The notes under the pieces: generated by a model
What the model saw: only the letters and a program-made list of their open reading frames with translations
Told to the model about the DNA's origin: nothing
Databases searched by the model: none
Position numbers and translations under genes: made by a program
From: Curvularia clavata
Lineage: Eukaryota
Direction: 5' to 3'
Assembly: GCA_023920165.1 (NCBI GenBank)
Contig: CP089280.1
Span: 1,984,001-2,048,000 of the forward strand
Length of the DNA: 64,000 nucleotides
In this document: positions 49,176 through 63,811 of the stretch, in pieces
Numbering within the stretch: position 1 is the first letter of the stretch
Layout of the letters: every line of letters starts with the position of its first letter

Positions 49176-51968
49176 CTATGCAATGTAGGCGTATAGCCCG
49201 TCATCCTCCCTCTCTAAGAACTCCTTCTCAATCAGCCTATCGATATTCCTCTTGATACCGCTGACTTCCAATGTACCCCTATTCCTTGTAGCCTTGATGG
49301 TCTCGCTGACCAGTTCGGCATGGCTAATCCTCTTTCTCGCCTTCAGAATGCGCACAATGGCGGCCTGTGTTTCGTAGTTTCGGTCCGCAGCAACACGTTC
49401 GTGTGTTTCCTTGTTCTCAGCCGCAGTTTCTTTGAGTTGAACGGTGTTGACCTTGATGCGGTATTTAGGGTCTGTGAATGAAGAGTTGATAGTGAATGTG
49501 TCGGTTTCATTGATGTCACGCCCTTTGGGATGTTTCGTCAGAGGCCGTACTTTGGCACAGGCAAGAGATTGTAGTGTGCGGTTGAGCTCAGCAGGCGCTG
49601 CACTTTGTTAGCAGATATATTGGAATAAGAATTTTGCACAACTCACGTAGACCAGTGGCCTGCTTGAGATATTCGTAATCGATATGCTCATCGTCTTTCC
49701 GGCCATTGAACAACAAAAGCACTATGGCCTGGAATGATGAGACTACCAGTTCTTTGAGCCCTTTAGGAAACCTAGCCTTGACTTGGCAATGTGCGAGTGC
49801 ATGTTTGAACTCCAGTTTGCGACCAGTGTGTTTGACCTTGTAATGCGCTTCAAACTTGTTGATGGCAGATTGGATCTCAGGAGGTAGGATGACGGGAACG
49901 GTGGGATAAGTTGGCCAGGCCGATGCAGAAAGAACGCTGACATTCAGATCAAGGTCTAGCTTTTCGTTGCGTTCCTCACTGATGTTCTTGTATGAGCTCA
50001 TCTCCTCTCGTGACAATTCAATGTCTCGGAACATTTGTTCAAGATTGGCGGTGAAACCAGCACCGCATTCTATAAACTGTCAGTATGCATGTCGCATAAA
50101 ACTCCCCGGCTGAAGAGGACTCACCAATCTTAAGCCTGGACAACATGCTCCTCTCGGCATCTGCACTTGCACTTCTGCCCATCAACAGTCGCCGTGCCAA
50201 GTCCTTCTTATAAAAGGCCTCGAACACAGCCTTGCCGTGTAAGAAGCGGAACAGATCCAGAACTTGGTCGAGTTGGCTATTGACTTCGGTGTCTTCGTCA
50301 AACACATCATCTTCTTTGTCGTCCTCAGCCTCTACTTCAACAGGCTTCTCTGCCTTTCGGCTGAGCTGGGTTGGTATTGCTTTGGCACCTCCTCTTAACA
50401 ACATGTCGACGTACTTGGCAATCATCTCACCGGTCTTGGAGTTGTCTGTACCCCAGCTTGCACTTGTCTTCTTTGTCTTGTTCATGAATTTGTCAAAAGC
50501 CTCGCGCAGTCCATGACCTAGCTCTTCGTCTCGATGAAACGAGGTTTTCCATATGGTGTCTAGTTGACGCTTCAATGACAACAATTTTACCACCATGTTG
50601 TCTTGTTCTTTTTCATCGAACACGATTGCCGTGCCCTCGTCTTCTATCCATTTTGTGAAGCCGGGTCGTAGGTGCGAGCCCATCTTTCGACGTTCGAGAA
50701 GTGTATAAAGCAACTCAAGGTCTTCAACGGCGTTCGTCTCTAGGAGATCAGCCAGGTCGTCTTCGTTTGTCAATCGCGACTCTTTCTTCGTTATCAGATG
50801 GTCTTCCAGCAGCGTGAGGAGTTCCCGTTTGGTTGTGTTAGGAAGGCTGAACATCTCTACTCGCTTCATTTCACGGTCCATGAGAGCCCTTGAATTGCGG
50901 ACGTACTCCGGCAGCGACTTTTCTGCGCTCTCTGTCTCGGCCCATTTTACTATATATTCCTGACTGATTTCCATCAAGCGCGGCTCAAAGTGACGTGTGT
51001 AGACCTGCATGTCGTGGAACATATTGACTGTCTTGGAAAACGTTTCGCTGTCAAGGTCGCCGCCTGTCCGATCAGTGGCCACGAGATCGCAGGCACCATC
51101 AACAATGCGAGTGTTCAGTTTGCCGTGTTCGAAGATAACGGAACGAAAGAGGCTTATGCAGATTTCGCAGAGGGATTCGTGTCTTGGAAGAAGGTAGGCA
51201 CGGTCGAGGTAGCAGAAGATCCAGTCCAAGTATTTCTGCCAGTGGGTTAGTTTGTTGGTATATGTTGTCGTCGGTATAGCTTACCATTTGACTGTTCCAT
51301 GTAGCCCAAGCCTGCAGCGTCGTCCGCAACACATCAACGCTGGTTCTGCTCAGGCTGTCCTTCACCTTTGCCTTTAAAGTGCCTCCTACATAGTCCTTGC
51401 ACTTGGCTATCAGGCGCTCTTTGATATCCTTTGCCATATTCTGCCGGCAGACATTCTCTACGCCCCGGTATAATTCCTCCAAACTAAAATCAATGTCGCC
51501 TTGCTCGAAGATGGTGTCCAAGGCCTTTTCGACCTTCTGCCATGTCTGATCTAGAAAGGTGCGGGGGTCCACCTTTCTGATGGGCTTGAAGTTCTTTACT
51601 ACCAGTCGCTTGGGACCACTGTTGGCATGCATGTTGGGTGCTGCCTTGCGCATTCCGTTCCGTTGACCGTTCATCTTAGCAGCGTTGTTATCAGGGCTCG
51701 CGGTGAGATCGACTACGTCGGTATTGCTCGGCATGACCGACTTCTTGCTTGAAAAAGTATACATGTCGGCCGTGTTCATGGTGGTTATTGAAGGCGGGGA
51801 AGTGGCAATCTCTGTGGTTTCTATGGGAGAGCTGTCTCGTCGTGTGCGTTTGCTCGTGGGCGATAACGGAGCTGCAGAAGCAAGATTTGGCTTGGCTTGC
51901 GTGTTGAAAAGATCCTTGATCGTCTTGCCTGAATGCTTCCGTTTCAGCGCACTTGGATTGGCGGACAT
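49176..51968 (-). CDS. CUL4: Cullin-4
   Basis: SLEELYRGVENVCR, IAKYVDMLLRGG, FEAFYKKDLARRLLMGRSASADAE, C-terminal neddylation domain TQAAIVRILKARK. Introns 51236-51284, 50070-50124, 49598-49646. Confidence 0.95.
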
Positions 51969-52742
51969 TGGGCGAGTGTGGGGAGCGCAAAGGTTGCGGA
52001 GTTGTAAGTGTTAGAGCCGCAGCTGCGTCCGAGGCGGTTCCGTTAGTGACGTATCGATAACAACTGCTAGAGCACCTCGACTGCTTACGCGACCTCAGGC
52101 TTGCGACTGTCTGTCAACATGGGGGATGCTACATGTATCTGGTGATGCTGCGGCTGTTTTTATCATGGACACTATATCTCGTGGCGTAAAGCTGTCACCG
52201 ATGATTGGGGGCTCAGCTTCGGTCTACACCCAAACCATGTCACTGCGTAACTGTCCATGTCAACTGTCAGCAGTGAAGCCACACGCACCCACTACAAAAG
52301 GCGCCGACAGACCAATCCAATGCCGGCATGTATACGGAGAAGGCTACAAAGTCGTACATATTATTCGCAGAGGAGTATGCCTTGCTGGCTCCCTCTATGC
52401 CATTCCGATGCTAGCAGTCCGCGGCTCTGAATCTAAACCCAACGCCGAAAAAAGACCGTACTTTGCACAGAAGCAAGGAGACCTTTTGGGGACTTTGAAG
52501 CTATCTACATAGTATGTCCATGACAGTGTTGGCACAAAGGCGATTTCACGGCGCACAAGTGAAGAGGATGCGCGGCAGCGTCATGTGCACGTGCGGCCCA
52601 AACCTGGGACTAAAAGTGCTCGGACATACAACGCGTCTCCCATTGCTGTCCCCGCCTCCACCCCATCGACCGCAATTGTCGCGCCACTTTCTTCCACCTC
52701 AACGCCACTAGTCGTTATATCACGTACACGCGCGCGGCCACC

Positions 52743-55700
52743 ATGAGCGCGACTGCATCGCCCTCAGCGGTCGACCAGGTCGAATCTACTGCCACGCGGC
52801 GCAAGTCTGGACGCGTATCCAAGAAGCCAGACCGGTTCGCGCCAGGCGCAAGCCCAACCACCACCAAGCGGAAGCGCGGAAACGATAATGATAGCGGCGT
52901 AGACGCGAGCGAGTCCTCCGAGGAAGAGTCGGACCAGAGCAGCGAGGATGAACCCGACGAGGAGGAAATCAGAGAGCGTAGGCGCAAGAGGAAGTCCACA
53001 GCTGCTGCCCGTAAGCCAGCAGCTAAGAAGCCAAAGACCAATGGAGATAGCGTAAGCCTGGCCATTCGCCCGGCCACCAACGCGACAAGGAAGATTGCCA
53101 AAAGACCGCGAAAAGCACCAATACGCAAGAGCACGCTCCCTGACGAGACCGAGGGCCTATATGGTATGTCGTGCGAGCGCATTGGGAGCTTGCACCAGCT
53201 AACGCGCCATAGCCGACGTGTTCGCCAGTGGTGACCGCCTTGAAGATGTGGCCGCCCGATGGGCAACCCGATTCAACGAGCACGAGGCCAAAGCTGTGGC
53301 AGAGATTATAAATCTAGTATTGCAAGCTTCGGGGTGTGACTTGCGGATAAACGAGGACGATGTGGGAGACCCCGACAACGCACCCAATCGCGTGGCCGAG
53401 ATTCAAGAAGAATTCCAGCAGGTGGGTGACACACACAGTGGTCTTATGCAACTCGGCGCATGCTAACAAGGAGCAGTACGAAGTCACTGAATACCCTCTG
53501 ATTGCAAAGGCAAAAGACGGTGGTGGCAATGCGTTCAGAAATGCGCTGCAAGGTTTCTTCGTGACCCTCGTACAAACTATTGCAGAATCAGGCCTCATGT
53601 ACGAGAGCACGGAGATTTTAGAGAACATCTCAGTCTGGTTGGGTGCCATGTCCTCCACAGGCAACCGTCCATTCCGACACACAAGCACAGTCGCTTCATT
53701 AGCCATCACCACGGCCCTGGCACAGATCGCAGCAGACTTAGTAGAGAATACAGCTAAGCGCGTCCGTCAGAGCGAAGCCGAGGCCAAGAAGTCAAGAGTA
53801 AACAAAGAGCGTATCTCTGCGGCACGAAAAGAGATCGAGGAGTACAACCAAAAGCTGGAGTTTGTCAGGAGTCAGCTGGATGACTGGTTCGCCGCTGTCT
53901 ACGTGCATCGTTATCGGGATGTCGATCCTAAAATCAGGGTCGACAGCGTGGTAGCGCTGGCCGACTGGATCATTGCCTACCCCGACAAATTCTTCGATGG
54001 AACTAAGCTCCGCTATCTTGGTTGGGTGCTTTCAGATCCGAATGCGTCCACACGTATCGAGGTGCTGCACCAACTTGCCCGCTTGTTTCGAGATGAGAGT
54101 AAGCTGGCCGGCTTGAAGACATTCACTGAGCGCTTCCGACCACGTATTGTTGAAATGGCCACTCACGACGCCGAGATCAATGTGCGTGCCGCAGCAGTTG
54201 ACTTGCTGGACACTCTTCGAGAAGCCGGTTTCCTTGAGCCCGATGACATCGACTCAGTTGGAAAACTCATTTTTGACTCCGACGCAAAGGTTCGTAAGTC
54301 CGTGGTTGGTTTCTTTGCCGAGAATGTCAACTCTGCATATGAAGCAACCGTAGAAGAGATGGGAGGCGAAGAAGCGCTGAACGAAGCATTGGCGCCACCA
54401 GACGAAGAGGATGAAGAATACCATAACCCACGACTTGAGTGGCTCAAGCTAAAGTGCTTGGTCGACCAACTGCTCTCATACGACGAAGACGAAGTTGAGC
54501 TGCCTTCGCAAATCCAACGCATGTCACCTGGTACAGAGCTGGGACTTATCGCTGCCGGCGTGGAATCGCGGGTTTCACTTGCTGCTCAAGCCCTCTACGA
54601 CGCTATTCCAGAGATTCGATCATGGGAGGTTCTGGCCGGTTATCTCCTATACGATCATTCACAAACTGTCCAAGGGGACAGCGAAGACCCTGAGACTATG
54701 CTTCGCCAGACCTGCCAGCTTGAGGAGAGACATGAGACGGTTCTCTTGGACATTCTCAACTCTGCGGTACGAATCCGACTCCAGCGCCTCGCAGAGGTGT
54801 CCAAGGACAAGAAGAGGACTAAGACACAACGCGAGAGCGAGAAAGAGGACCAAGCAGACATGGTTCGTCGACTTTCGTTGCTCATTCCCCAGCTTCTGAA
54901 GAAATTTGGCGCCCTTCCTGAGGCTGCTGCGCTATGTCTTCGATTAGAGCGCGAACTCAGCCTGGATGTCTTCGAGGAGCTTCGACAGAATGGAGCCCTC
55001 ACTGCGTTACTCGACGACATCAACAAGCAGTTCCTCACTCATCACAACGAGCGGGTGCTTGGAGAGGCTATCGGCTCCATCCTACACGCCAAGGGAAGCG
55101 AAGAACTCAGAGAGACGGTTGACCTCAAGGTGCAAGCGCTATGGGATGATCTGATCAACACATTCGATGCACTTCGGCGAGGCAAGGACTTTTCTAAGCG
55201 AGGCAACTTGGACCAAAACGTCCTTCGTGGCCTTTCCAACGTTGTGCTGAAGATGGCACAGTTGGTGACTGTTTCAGACGCCTCCGTACTCGACCACATC
55301 GCCGCTCCTGCAAAGACAAAAGCCAGGGGTAAGAAGGCGGCTCTCGACACGCCACCAATAGACTCAGTATTGCAAATACTGGAACGCGGCATTCCGGTTG
55401 AAGAACTGGACGCAGAGGTCGAGGAGGCAGACGATACCCTCGTTCGTCACGCAATGTCCATCATGCTCATGTACTTCATGTGGAAATGCCGGGAGTGTAC
55501 TACACATGTTGAAGAAGGCGCCACCATGCCTGATGATGAGCTCATGGCACTTGTAGAACGGAGAGACACTTGCATTACAACGTTGATGAATATCATGGAA
55601 AGCCGAAAAGGCACAGACGAAGTCCGCCTCGATGCAGCAAATCTGCTTCTGGATATTTACACCATGTTCTGCACACTACGGGTCAAGAAGGGAAAGATGG

Positions 55701-56389
55701 CAAAGACCCCTAAGAAGACACAAGGTCGTAATTCAAGTAGCGCCAACGACGACTGGGAAGCTCTTTGCCGCGATATCGATGGTAACACAACAAAAGCTAT
55801 CTTACAAATCCTTACGGCGTGGGAAAACCACCTAGCCAAACTTACCAACAAGCGTCTTGAAGAGCCAGATGTTGACGACGACCCAATTGATCCTGACGAT
55901 GAACCGGAGAGTGACGAAGAGGATGCCGCCGACGAGGGTGCAGTATCGGACAAACAAGTGCGAGCCATTCTAGCAGAACAGTCGCTCGATGCATTTGGCG
56001 GTCGCATCGTACACGCTGTGCTCGTTGGCGCGCTGGACGGAGATGGCTCAGGCACAGTGCGCAAGCGGCTTGAACGCAACAAGACGAAGCTCACACCCAC
56101 ATGGAAGGAAGTTGTGAACCATCTTGATGCAGTCAAACAGCGCAAGGTGGTGAAGAAGGGGGTGAAGTCGAATAAAGAGACCACAAAACCAGCCAAAAGC
56201 AAGGAGATTGTGGACGTTGATAGTGACGAAGACGAAGAAGAGGCAGAGCATGAGGTGCCTGGCGATGAGATCGAGGACGAGGAGATGGCAGATGGCGATG
56301 AGGAGCAAACCAATGGTGTCCAGGAAGCAGGGGCGAATGGCGAGGGAGACGGAGACGGAGACGGTGAAGAGAGCATTCTCGGCGATTGA
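52743..56389 (+). CDS. SCC3: Cohesin subunit Scc3/Psc3 (STAG domain)
   Basis: RPFRHTSTVASL, VYVHRYRDVDPKIR, LRYLGWVLSD, FTERFRPRIVEMA. Introns 53164-53212 and 53422-53476. Confidence 0.95.
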
Positions 56390-56970
56390 ATGGTTTGACA
56401 CGAGCGCAATGCATGTTTGTTTGTTGTTCATTTCACTATGATTGCAGGGCATATTTCGGGGCTCTGCTGTTCTTCTACCAAAGCCACGGCTACAGCATGG
56501 CGCTTCGGCGTTGTCACGACGGATATGGTTCAGGCCAGGACTGGTAGATTTTTGTATGGATTCATCGCTGCAACGTCACTTTAGTTCTTCATTTGAGCTG
56601 ATAAGTGACATGAGCGCTTAACAGCAATTTACTACGTTCTTTCTCGTCAAAACTTGCCTATGCGAGACATGTGGTGAGTAAAGGCGTGGAATCCAGCAAA
56701 GTCTTGGCACCCCCAAAGAAGGCAGTGGAAATTCTGCGCTAACCCTAGCTTCCCGCACAGACCAGCACACACAATACGCGAATTATCGGCAGCCACCTTT
56801 GACGACTTCGACAAGCCTACGCACGCCCGTTCACCTCCGCCGACAACAGTCAACGCTGTGAGTAGCTCTCTAGACACTGTCGGAAAATCCATCGTCAGGA
56901 CAAAAAAGACTGACTCGAAAACCAGCAACAAAGACAACTCTCTGTCAACCCCCCTCCAACTACACACAAC

Positions 56971-57466
56971 ATGTCTCACGAGTCTGTCTGGTATTCGCGC
57001 CCTAGGACCTACGGCAAGGGCTCTCGCGAGTGGTACGTCGCACATTTCCCGGAAGCCCATCTTATATACGATTGAAACGATCCCCCCGGGGGGCATTCTG
57101 CGTACCATGATGGACGCTTCGCTCGACTGGGGAGGTTGTGGAAACGAGGGGAACATGGATTGGGGGGCATGGGTTTTTTTAAAAGGACAACGGAGTGTTT
57201 GGCTAACACAGTACTCACAGCCGCGTCTGCACCCACCCTGCTGGTCTGATCCGCAAGTACGGCCTCAACATCTGCCGTCAGTGCTTCCGTGAGAAGAGCG
57301 CCGACATTGGCTTCGTCAAGGTACGTTTGTTGTCTTTGCGCTTTGCAACCAGACACACCCACACACACGTGAGGTGGGAAGGATGAGCTTCGTGCTTCCC
57401 CGCCCAGCAAGCTGTATGTGCGTACAAGGAGAGGATGCACGACTAACTTTTGACCAGCACCGATAA
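56971..57466 (+). CDS. RPS29: 40S ribosomal protein S29 (uS14)
   Basis: [56 protein letters not shown]. Introns 57033-57220 and 57321-57457. Confidence 0.96.
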
Positions 57467-57914
57467 ATTCCCTTCCTTTCGATCGGAGTAGGAGGCGCAA
57501 ATTGACGGATGGAGATGATTACTTGACGATACGAAACTGCACCTCGGGGGGTCCCTGGAATGTTTTTTTGGAAAGCCATGGAAAAGACAAAAGGAGGAAG
57601 CTTTTGACATGGGGCGCAAGGTCAAAAAAGGACAGTGATGAGAAAAGAGACGGTCGGAAGGGTGAGGGGGCTCAATATTTTTTTTTGGTCTCCCTCTCTC
57701 TCTCTCCGGCATGTGCCTTTCTTTTCCATGCGCAGAGGCAAAGGTTGCTGCTATCCGGTCCTTGATAACACGAAAATCCAAATCCTCAATTCACAAAAGA
57801 TGTTTGCTGTGCTTGTGAGGTGTGAATTGTCATGTTGAAGATCTGTCTTGTTAGATTACTCGTACTGTATAAAGACGGGGATTGTTATGTAAAAGCAATG
57901 AGCTAACGTGAAGG

Positions 57915-57938
57915 TATATATATATATATATATATATA
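57915..57938. repeat. (TA)12 microsatellite
   Basis: Direct reading, between the convergent RPS29 and MVP1 genes. Confidence 0.95.
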
Positions 57939-58367
57939 CGCATGTACATGTGTGAAAACGTCAAAATGACGGACAGAGACAGACATACAAATTTACAACC
58001 TGAAGACCCAAAATACCATGGCAGCAACAGAAGATGGACAAGGAGAAGAAAGGGCGTCAATTCCTCCGCCATACTACTCTTATACTGCAGCCGCCCTATC
58101 TCTCTATCTCTCTCTTTCTCATCATGGTATCAAACAAAGCTCCACAGACGTCTCTGTCTCTTGCACACATTACTCATCCTACCAAGCGTTCGACTGAACA
58201 AGAAAAAACAACAAGAACAATGACAACAGGTATACACCCTTTCCATCTCTTTCCCCTTCAACTCATGTTCACATACGACATTTGGCATCATCTCACTTTG
58301 CTTTCCTCGTCTTCTCCGGCCTCTCATCAAAGTCAGCCCCAAAAAGACAAGAAAAAAAGATGCAACT

Positions 58368-60801
58368 CTACTCAGCCGCCGGCATACTCTCCACCTCTTC
58401 ACTCAGTGCACGCCAATTATCTGCCTGGAGCTCAGCGTATTTGACGCGTTCCTGGGCCCATTCCTGATGGAGACGCGAAATATGGTACTGAGACTTCTGG
58501 AAGAAGAGGAGCTCGTCGCGAATGCATTCACGAATGAAGACGCCGCGAGCATGTTGTTGGACGATGGATTCTTTGTCCTGTTACTCTTATTAGAAAAAGA
58601 TTATCTTACATGTGGATTGGGTGGGGTTAAGGAGAACAAACCTTGAAGATTGCCTCTTCGACTTTCTCGGCCTCGCCGGGCTTAGCGTCTGGCTTGTTGC
58701 GGATATTGCTGAGTTTGGTCTCGTTGTTTGCGATTCGTTTTTCGAGTTGTGGGATGTTGTCCTTGGCGTACTTGTCTCGGCGATCGAACATGTCTCGTAC
58801 GCTGACGAGGGTGTCGCGCTGGCGCTTGAGGTCTTCGAGAACGCCTTCTTCCCATCCCCTGGCTTCGTCTTCAAGTAATTGTCGGCTTGAGTCGAGGTGA
58901 CGTGCGGTGGCGTTCAGGCCCTCGTTGAGCAATGGTATGTCGTTTGTGTCTACAGCGTATGTGTCACGGCTTGATTCTGTGAGGCCGCTGAGGGCAGAGG
59001 AGAAACGCAGATATTCAGCTGCCATGCCTTCATTTCGGCGGCAGAGGCGCTCCATCATGCTACAGAGAGTAATGTAAGTTTCGGCACTACGCCGGACCCC
59101 TGACCGGACTGTATCAAAAAGTTCGGGGAGCGTCTTTGGTAGGGAGTCTTCAAGATCCGGAGGAAGGGGCTTGCCAGTGAACTCTTCTTGCACAGAAAGG
59201 TTTGCTTGTTTGCGCCATACAGCGAGTTCCTGCTTCTGGTCAGTACGATTTACGCCTTATCGGCGCTGGTAAAGCCTACCGTAGGTACAGTCAGAAACAT
59301 AACAACCAGTTGCTCCTGGCTGAGCACCGGATGCCGCACCAGGGCGTTGGTAAACCGAGCAAGACCTTTTCTTCGCTTCTCCAGGAAAGTAGCATCGGCG
59401 GCTATTGGATTACCATTGACTAAGGATTCTCAATATTCACCATGACCATATCAAGGGGAATGACTTACTGCCAACTCTCTTTGGGGGCAACAATGGTAAT
59501 TGTCGAAACGGATACCGCTTGTGCAGACAGTCCAACAACCACACAAAATCACTGTAACGACGAACAACCTTTGTTGTGCGCCGCGAGCTAGCGACTTCAT
59601 AGTTGCGGTGCTGGAACATGAAAACACCTTCCTTCTCCTGGAGGGCCGTGATGGTAATGACCTCATCGTTGCCAGTCGCGCCGGGCAATCGTCCGATTGA
59701 CGTGCCCAGCTCCGGTGGCCCATTGGAGCCTTCCCCTTGACGCGTAGGTGCACCAAAACCATCTCCTATGCTGGGAGTAGCAAAGGGCTGGTTCGCGCCT
59801 CCATTGTACCCACCCCAGCCACCTTCGCTGCCCAGCGAACTGGGCTGAACCGGTTGGTGATTTGAGGAGGTGGTGGTAGAGTGCGTGGTAAACTGGCTGG
59901 TGGTATGTGTTGCACCAGGGATGCTGGAACCGTTGGTCTGATTTTGTGCAATTGTGTAATTGGAGTGATTATGGCCCCTATGTAGGTCGGGACTGCCCCA
60001 GGGATCCGCCTCTGGGTCTCCGAAAGACTGTTTGCGCATGGGCGCACTGGACCTGGTTACAACGGGCGATTGCTGTGCTTGCTGTTGCTGTTGCTGCTGT
60101 TGTTGTTGCGGCTGTTGCTGGGTCGGTTGGCGCTGAGGTGCTGGAGGGGTTGCAGGCTGGGTGTCTTGGGGTGTTGGAGGAGCAGCGGCGGCAGCGGCGG
60201 CGGCGGGAGGGTCGCGTGCCTTTGTGGATTGGGGGAGGGATACGGTGGGTACGGGGAGATCTGGCAGCCGGTCAATGCTGGGGCACATTTGTGAATTATG
60301 AGAAGATGACTGCTAACACTCACTCCGCTTCCTCTCGTCAACGCTATCGAGAGTGATGTCCTCGTGCTCTTGGGCCAGCCCAATCAAGGCATAGACAACA
60401 TTGAACTCATTCCTACCGAGCTCGGCGGCGCCGCCAGGAGGCAGCACAATCTCGAGGATCTTGGACTGGGCGTGTGCGGGAATATTGCTCTCGGCCAGCA
60501 GCTGCTTCACGCCTACAAGACTGACGCCATTGCCCTGGCCGTGGCCAGCGTCGAGCAGGGCGTCGAACGCATCAATGTACGAGTCCGGGACTTCGTCGGC
60601 CGGGAGCAGCGATCGGACGAGAGCGTCGCGGGCTTGCTTCTTGGGCGTGGGAAAGCCCCAGGGCGAGTCCGAGTCGCCCAGGTCGTCTGCGAACAAGCTA
60701 TTGGAGTTGGCCGGCCTGGTGCCCGCGGGCTTGGGATCATCGTCGAAGAGCGACGACTGTTTTGCGCGCGGGGACGTGTCATCGTCGCCGAAGAGAGACA
60801 T
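58368..60801 (-). CDS. MVP1: Sorting nexin Mvp1 (PX-BAR)
   Basis: MSLFGDD N-terminus. PX motif [15 protein letters not shown]...[31 protein letters not shown], followed by a BAR region. Introns 60261-60323, 59420-59468, 59230-59279, 58578-58641. Confidence 0.95.
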
Positions 60802-61370
60802 GGTGGCTATCTACCGTCAGGCTGCGCGCGGTCGATGGAGAGTGGGCGGCTGGGGTCGCACTCGAGATTCAAGCTGCCCACGCGCGATGATAACATGGAG
60901 CTATGATGCCGCCTTGCAAGGAACCCACGACGCCTCCACCACACATCCCGGCCCAAGCTCTATCGAACCCGCCACCAGCCTTATCAACTCCCTTGGCATT
61001 GCATTCAACACTGCAATATTGCGGCAATGGCACTCAAAAAAGCAAATAATTTATTGAAATGACTTGCTGCTTTGCTATACACACATGCGGCGACAAATAC
61101 GCCATACTTGTCCTGAATCAAAGAGCCTGACCTCCAAGTCGGCGGGTATCCAATCCCTAGAACAAACATAACAAATATCCAAAAGATTCCCTTTTTTAAG
61201 CTCCTGCTGCGCCGTCGTATGCCAATGCTGTGTGTATGTGGTGTGACCAACCACAATTCCAAAACTCGTCCTGCTTAGTGCGCCAATCAACATAGTGGGG
61301 TATATAGTATGTGCTATCAACATGAGAAATATAAACAAACATGCAAAGAGAACAGCCGCCCGAGTCAGAG

Positions 61371-63811
61371 CTACCTGTCATGGTCCGTCCGGTTGTGCTG
61401 CGGCGGCGCACTAAAGTCGACTATGGCCGTAGTCTCATCTTGCGCCACGCCTGTCGCTTGTGCAGACGGTGACCGTCGCACCTGCGTTCCGGGAGCCTCA
61501 ACACTGTTGTTTGGCTGCTGTTGGATTACAGGTGAGAACCGGATGCGAGGGTTGCGTTGTGAGTGAGGTGACGATGTAGAGAGGTGGACCACTTCGCTCG
61601 AATCGGTCGCTTCTCCCTCGGTCGCTGTACCTGCTCGCCCAAGCTGGTTGCCGGCGCTAGTAGACCCTTCGTCTTGCAGGGCCTCTTCTTGTTGCTGACG
61701 GATGATGTCTGGAGACCACGTCTGCCCGCGAGGTTGGGCAGGTATAATGGTGACAGGTAGTTGCGTCTCGAGTTGCGATGCGTTCTTCTTTTTGGACCTG
61801 AGTCTCTCGCTTTGCTGCGCAGCAAAGGTGCCAAGCCGATCTCCCAGAGCCAGTCCGTTGTACGTGCGGGGTGGAATGTTGGCAGCCACATCGTCAACTC
61901 CGAGCGGCTCGATGACCTGGCCCCGCTGCAGCTCCCGCGGCGGCGTGCGTCCCTTTCTGCGGAAAGGATTGCTCAAGGCTTGCCACTGCCATTTGCTTTG
62001 ATTGGCGTTGACAGGTTCCACCTCGGCTCCCTTTTCGGGGTCTTCTGGGTCTGCGGGCTGGTTTTGCGGCTGTGGTGGTAATGTCTGTGGTTGAGGTTGT
62101 GGTTGTGGTTGTAGTTGAGGTTGAGGTTGCGGTTGCGCTTCGTAGTGCTCTGCTCGACCATCTGCAGGAGCAGGCTGGGGCATTGGTGGCGTCTCACTAA
62201 TTGGATGATAGCGTACTGTATATACTGTCGAATCGGCGCTGGTGGTGTCTGTCCTGCTAACCGGTGAAGAAATGACAGGGACCGGAGGTGGGGTATGCAC
62301 GCGGACGTAGGAACGCGAGCTGCGGTCTCCACGTGTTGCAGATGCTGATCGTCGTGCGACTGGGGGCGGGGCAGGAATGTGGATAGTGCGCCTCTTGCGC
62401 GCTTCTGCTCGTGGGGATTCCGTCATCTTTCGTCCAAATCGCTGGGCAATGTTGTTGAATCGAGCGGCATGGCCTGAAACGAAAACACCCAGGCTACCAT
62501 TTCCGTTTCCTTTTCCGTCACCTCCTCCTCCTCGGCTGTTTTGCTTCTGATTCTTCTCTGATGGTTTATCCTTGCGCTTTGAAGGCCAGCTGTGATCGGA
62601 TGGGCTGTTGTCCAGCATGTCGTCTCCGTCGTAGATTTCTCGTCCCAGAATTCCATCTTTTCTTTCTTCTCTTTCTAGAGCTTCAATTCTTTCTACCCAT
62701 TCCCAAACAATGACACTAGCAGCGGCAGCACCGACCCAGCGGAAGTAGTCTCCCCAGCCGGCAATGGTGTAGTTTGCAATGTCAGTAATGAAGAAAACGA
62801 CGGGCGTCAGGATGGCAATGATGGACAGAAGCGAAATGACGCTCATGTTCCACATCATTGAGTGGTAAAAGGCATATCGTCTCTTGGTAACGGCGTAGTA
62901 CATGACCCAGGCGGCGTAGAGCATGCTAAGCGATAGCTGAAACAGGTAACTGAGTGCGGGGATAGCGGTGTCGAAATGAGCGGGGCGGCGCGAGTTCTCG
63001 TAGGGGCCGAAGCTGTTGAGGCAGCTGAACAGAATGTCGAGTAGGATGAGGGCGAATCCGACCCATTTGATGATTACTTTTTCCTTGTGGCGTGGGAATA
63101 GGCGTATCAGCGTCTGGACCTGGGCGAGCCAGAGGAAGATGTCGGATACGACGCGCGAAACCTTGATTTCCATGCCAGCGACGACCTGGTCGCGGAGTTC
63201 CATGGCATCGATGAAGCCGTCCTCGTACTGGCGTTCGGCAATCTTGAACGTGTCTGCAGTGGCGAGGGTGAGGGATATGGCGACGGTCAGGGCTGCGGCC
63301 TTTTGCAACCAGGGGCGGCTGCCGACTCCAATGATGGATCCTCCTCCTGTCGCGCCGCTGATCATGCCGCGGCGTCCCATGAGGCCTGAACGTCCAGAGG
63401 CGTTGCCGACGAAGAAGGTGCGCGGCGTGATGATGAGCATGATGACGAGCATCCAGGCGATGACGGTAGCGGCGCCCGTGGCGTAGGCCTGGGGGGTGAT
63501 GGAGGCATGGAAGGGGTCGCGCATGTCGGCGACGCTGGTGACGCCGTTTGTGCCATCTTCGCCGAGGCCTGAGGAGGCCGAGTTTGTGCACAGGGGACGG
63601 AAGAGGGCGCTCTGGTCGAGGGTGATGGTGTTGCCGGGCGAGATCTCAATGGTGCCATGGGCGGGGAGTTTGTACGAGGGACAGTGCTAGACAGCATGTT
63701 AGTCGCGTCGGCGACGATGGCAGAGCAGAGGGGGCTTACGTAGGGCGTCGTGGCATCGGGGGCGCGGGTGTCCAGGAGAGAGGCCCTGGGCGAGGACCTG
63801 GCCTCCCACAT
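61371..63811 (-). CDS. palH: pH-response 7-TM sensor PalH/Rim21
   Basis: Multi-TM region with RPWLQKAAAL, FLWLAQVQTLIRLFPRHKEK, VWEWVERIEALE and a long cytosolic tail. Intron 63687-63739. Confidence 0.93.

Noticed and set aside
35874..51968. DCN1 and CUL4 as a functional neddylation gene cluster
   Set aside because: They are more than 10 kb apart and separated by unrelated genes. Proximity in a housekeeping-dense region is plausibly chance.
59907..61057. Long plus-strand ORFs overlapping MVP1, and similar short antisense ORFs throughout the track
   Set aside because: They are GC-rich antisense shadows of well-supported genes, with no recognisable domains.
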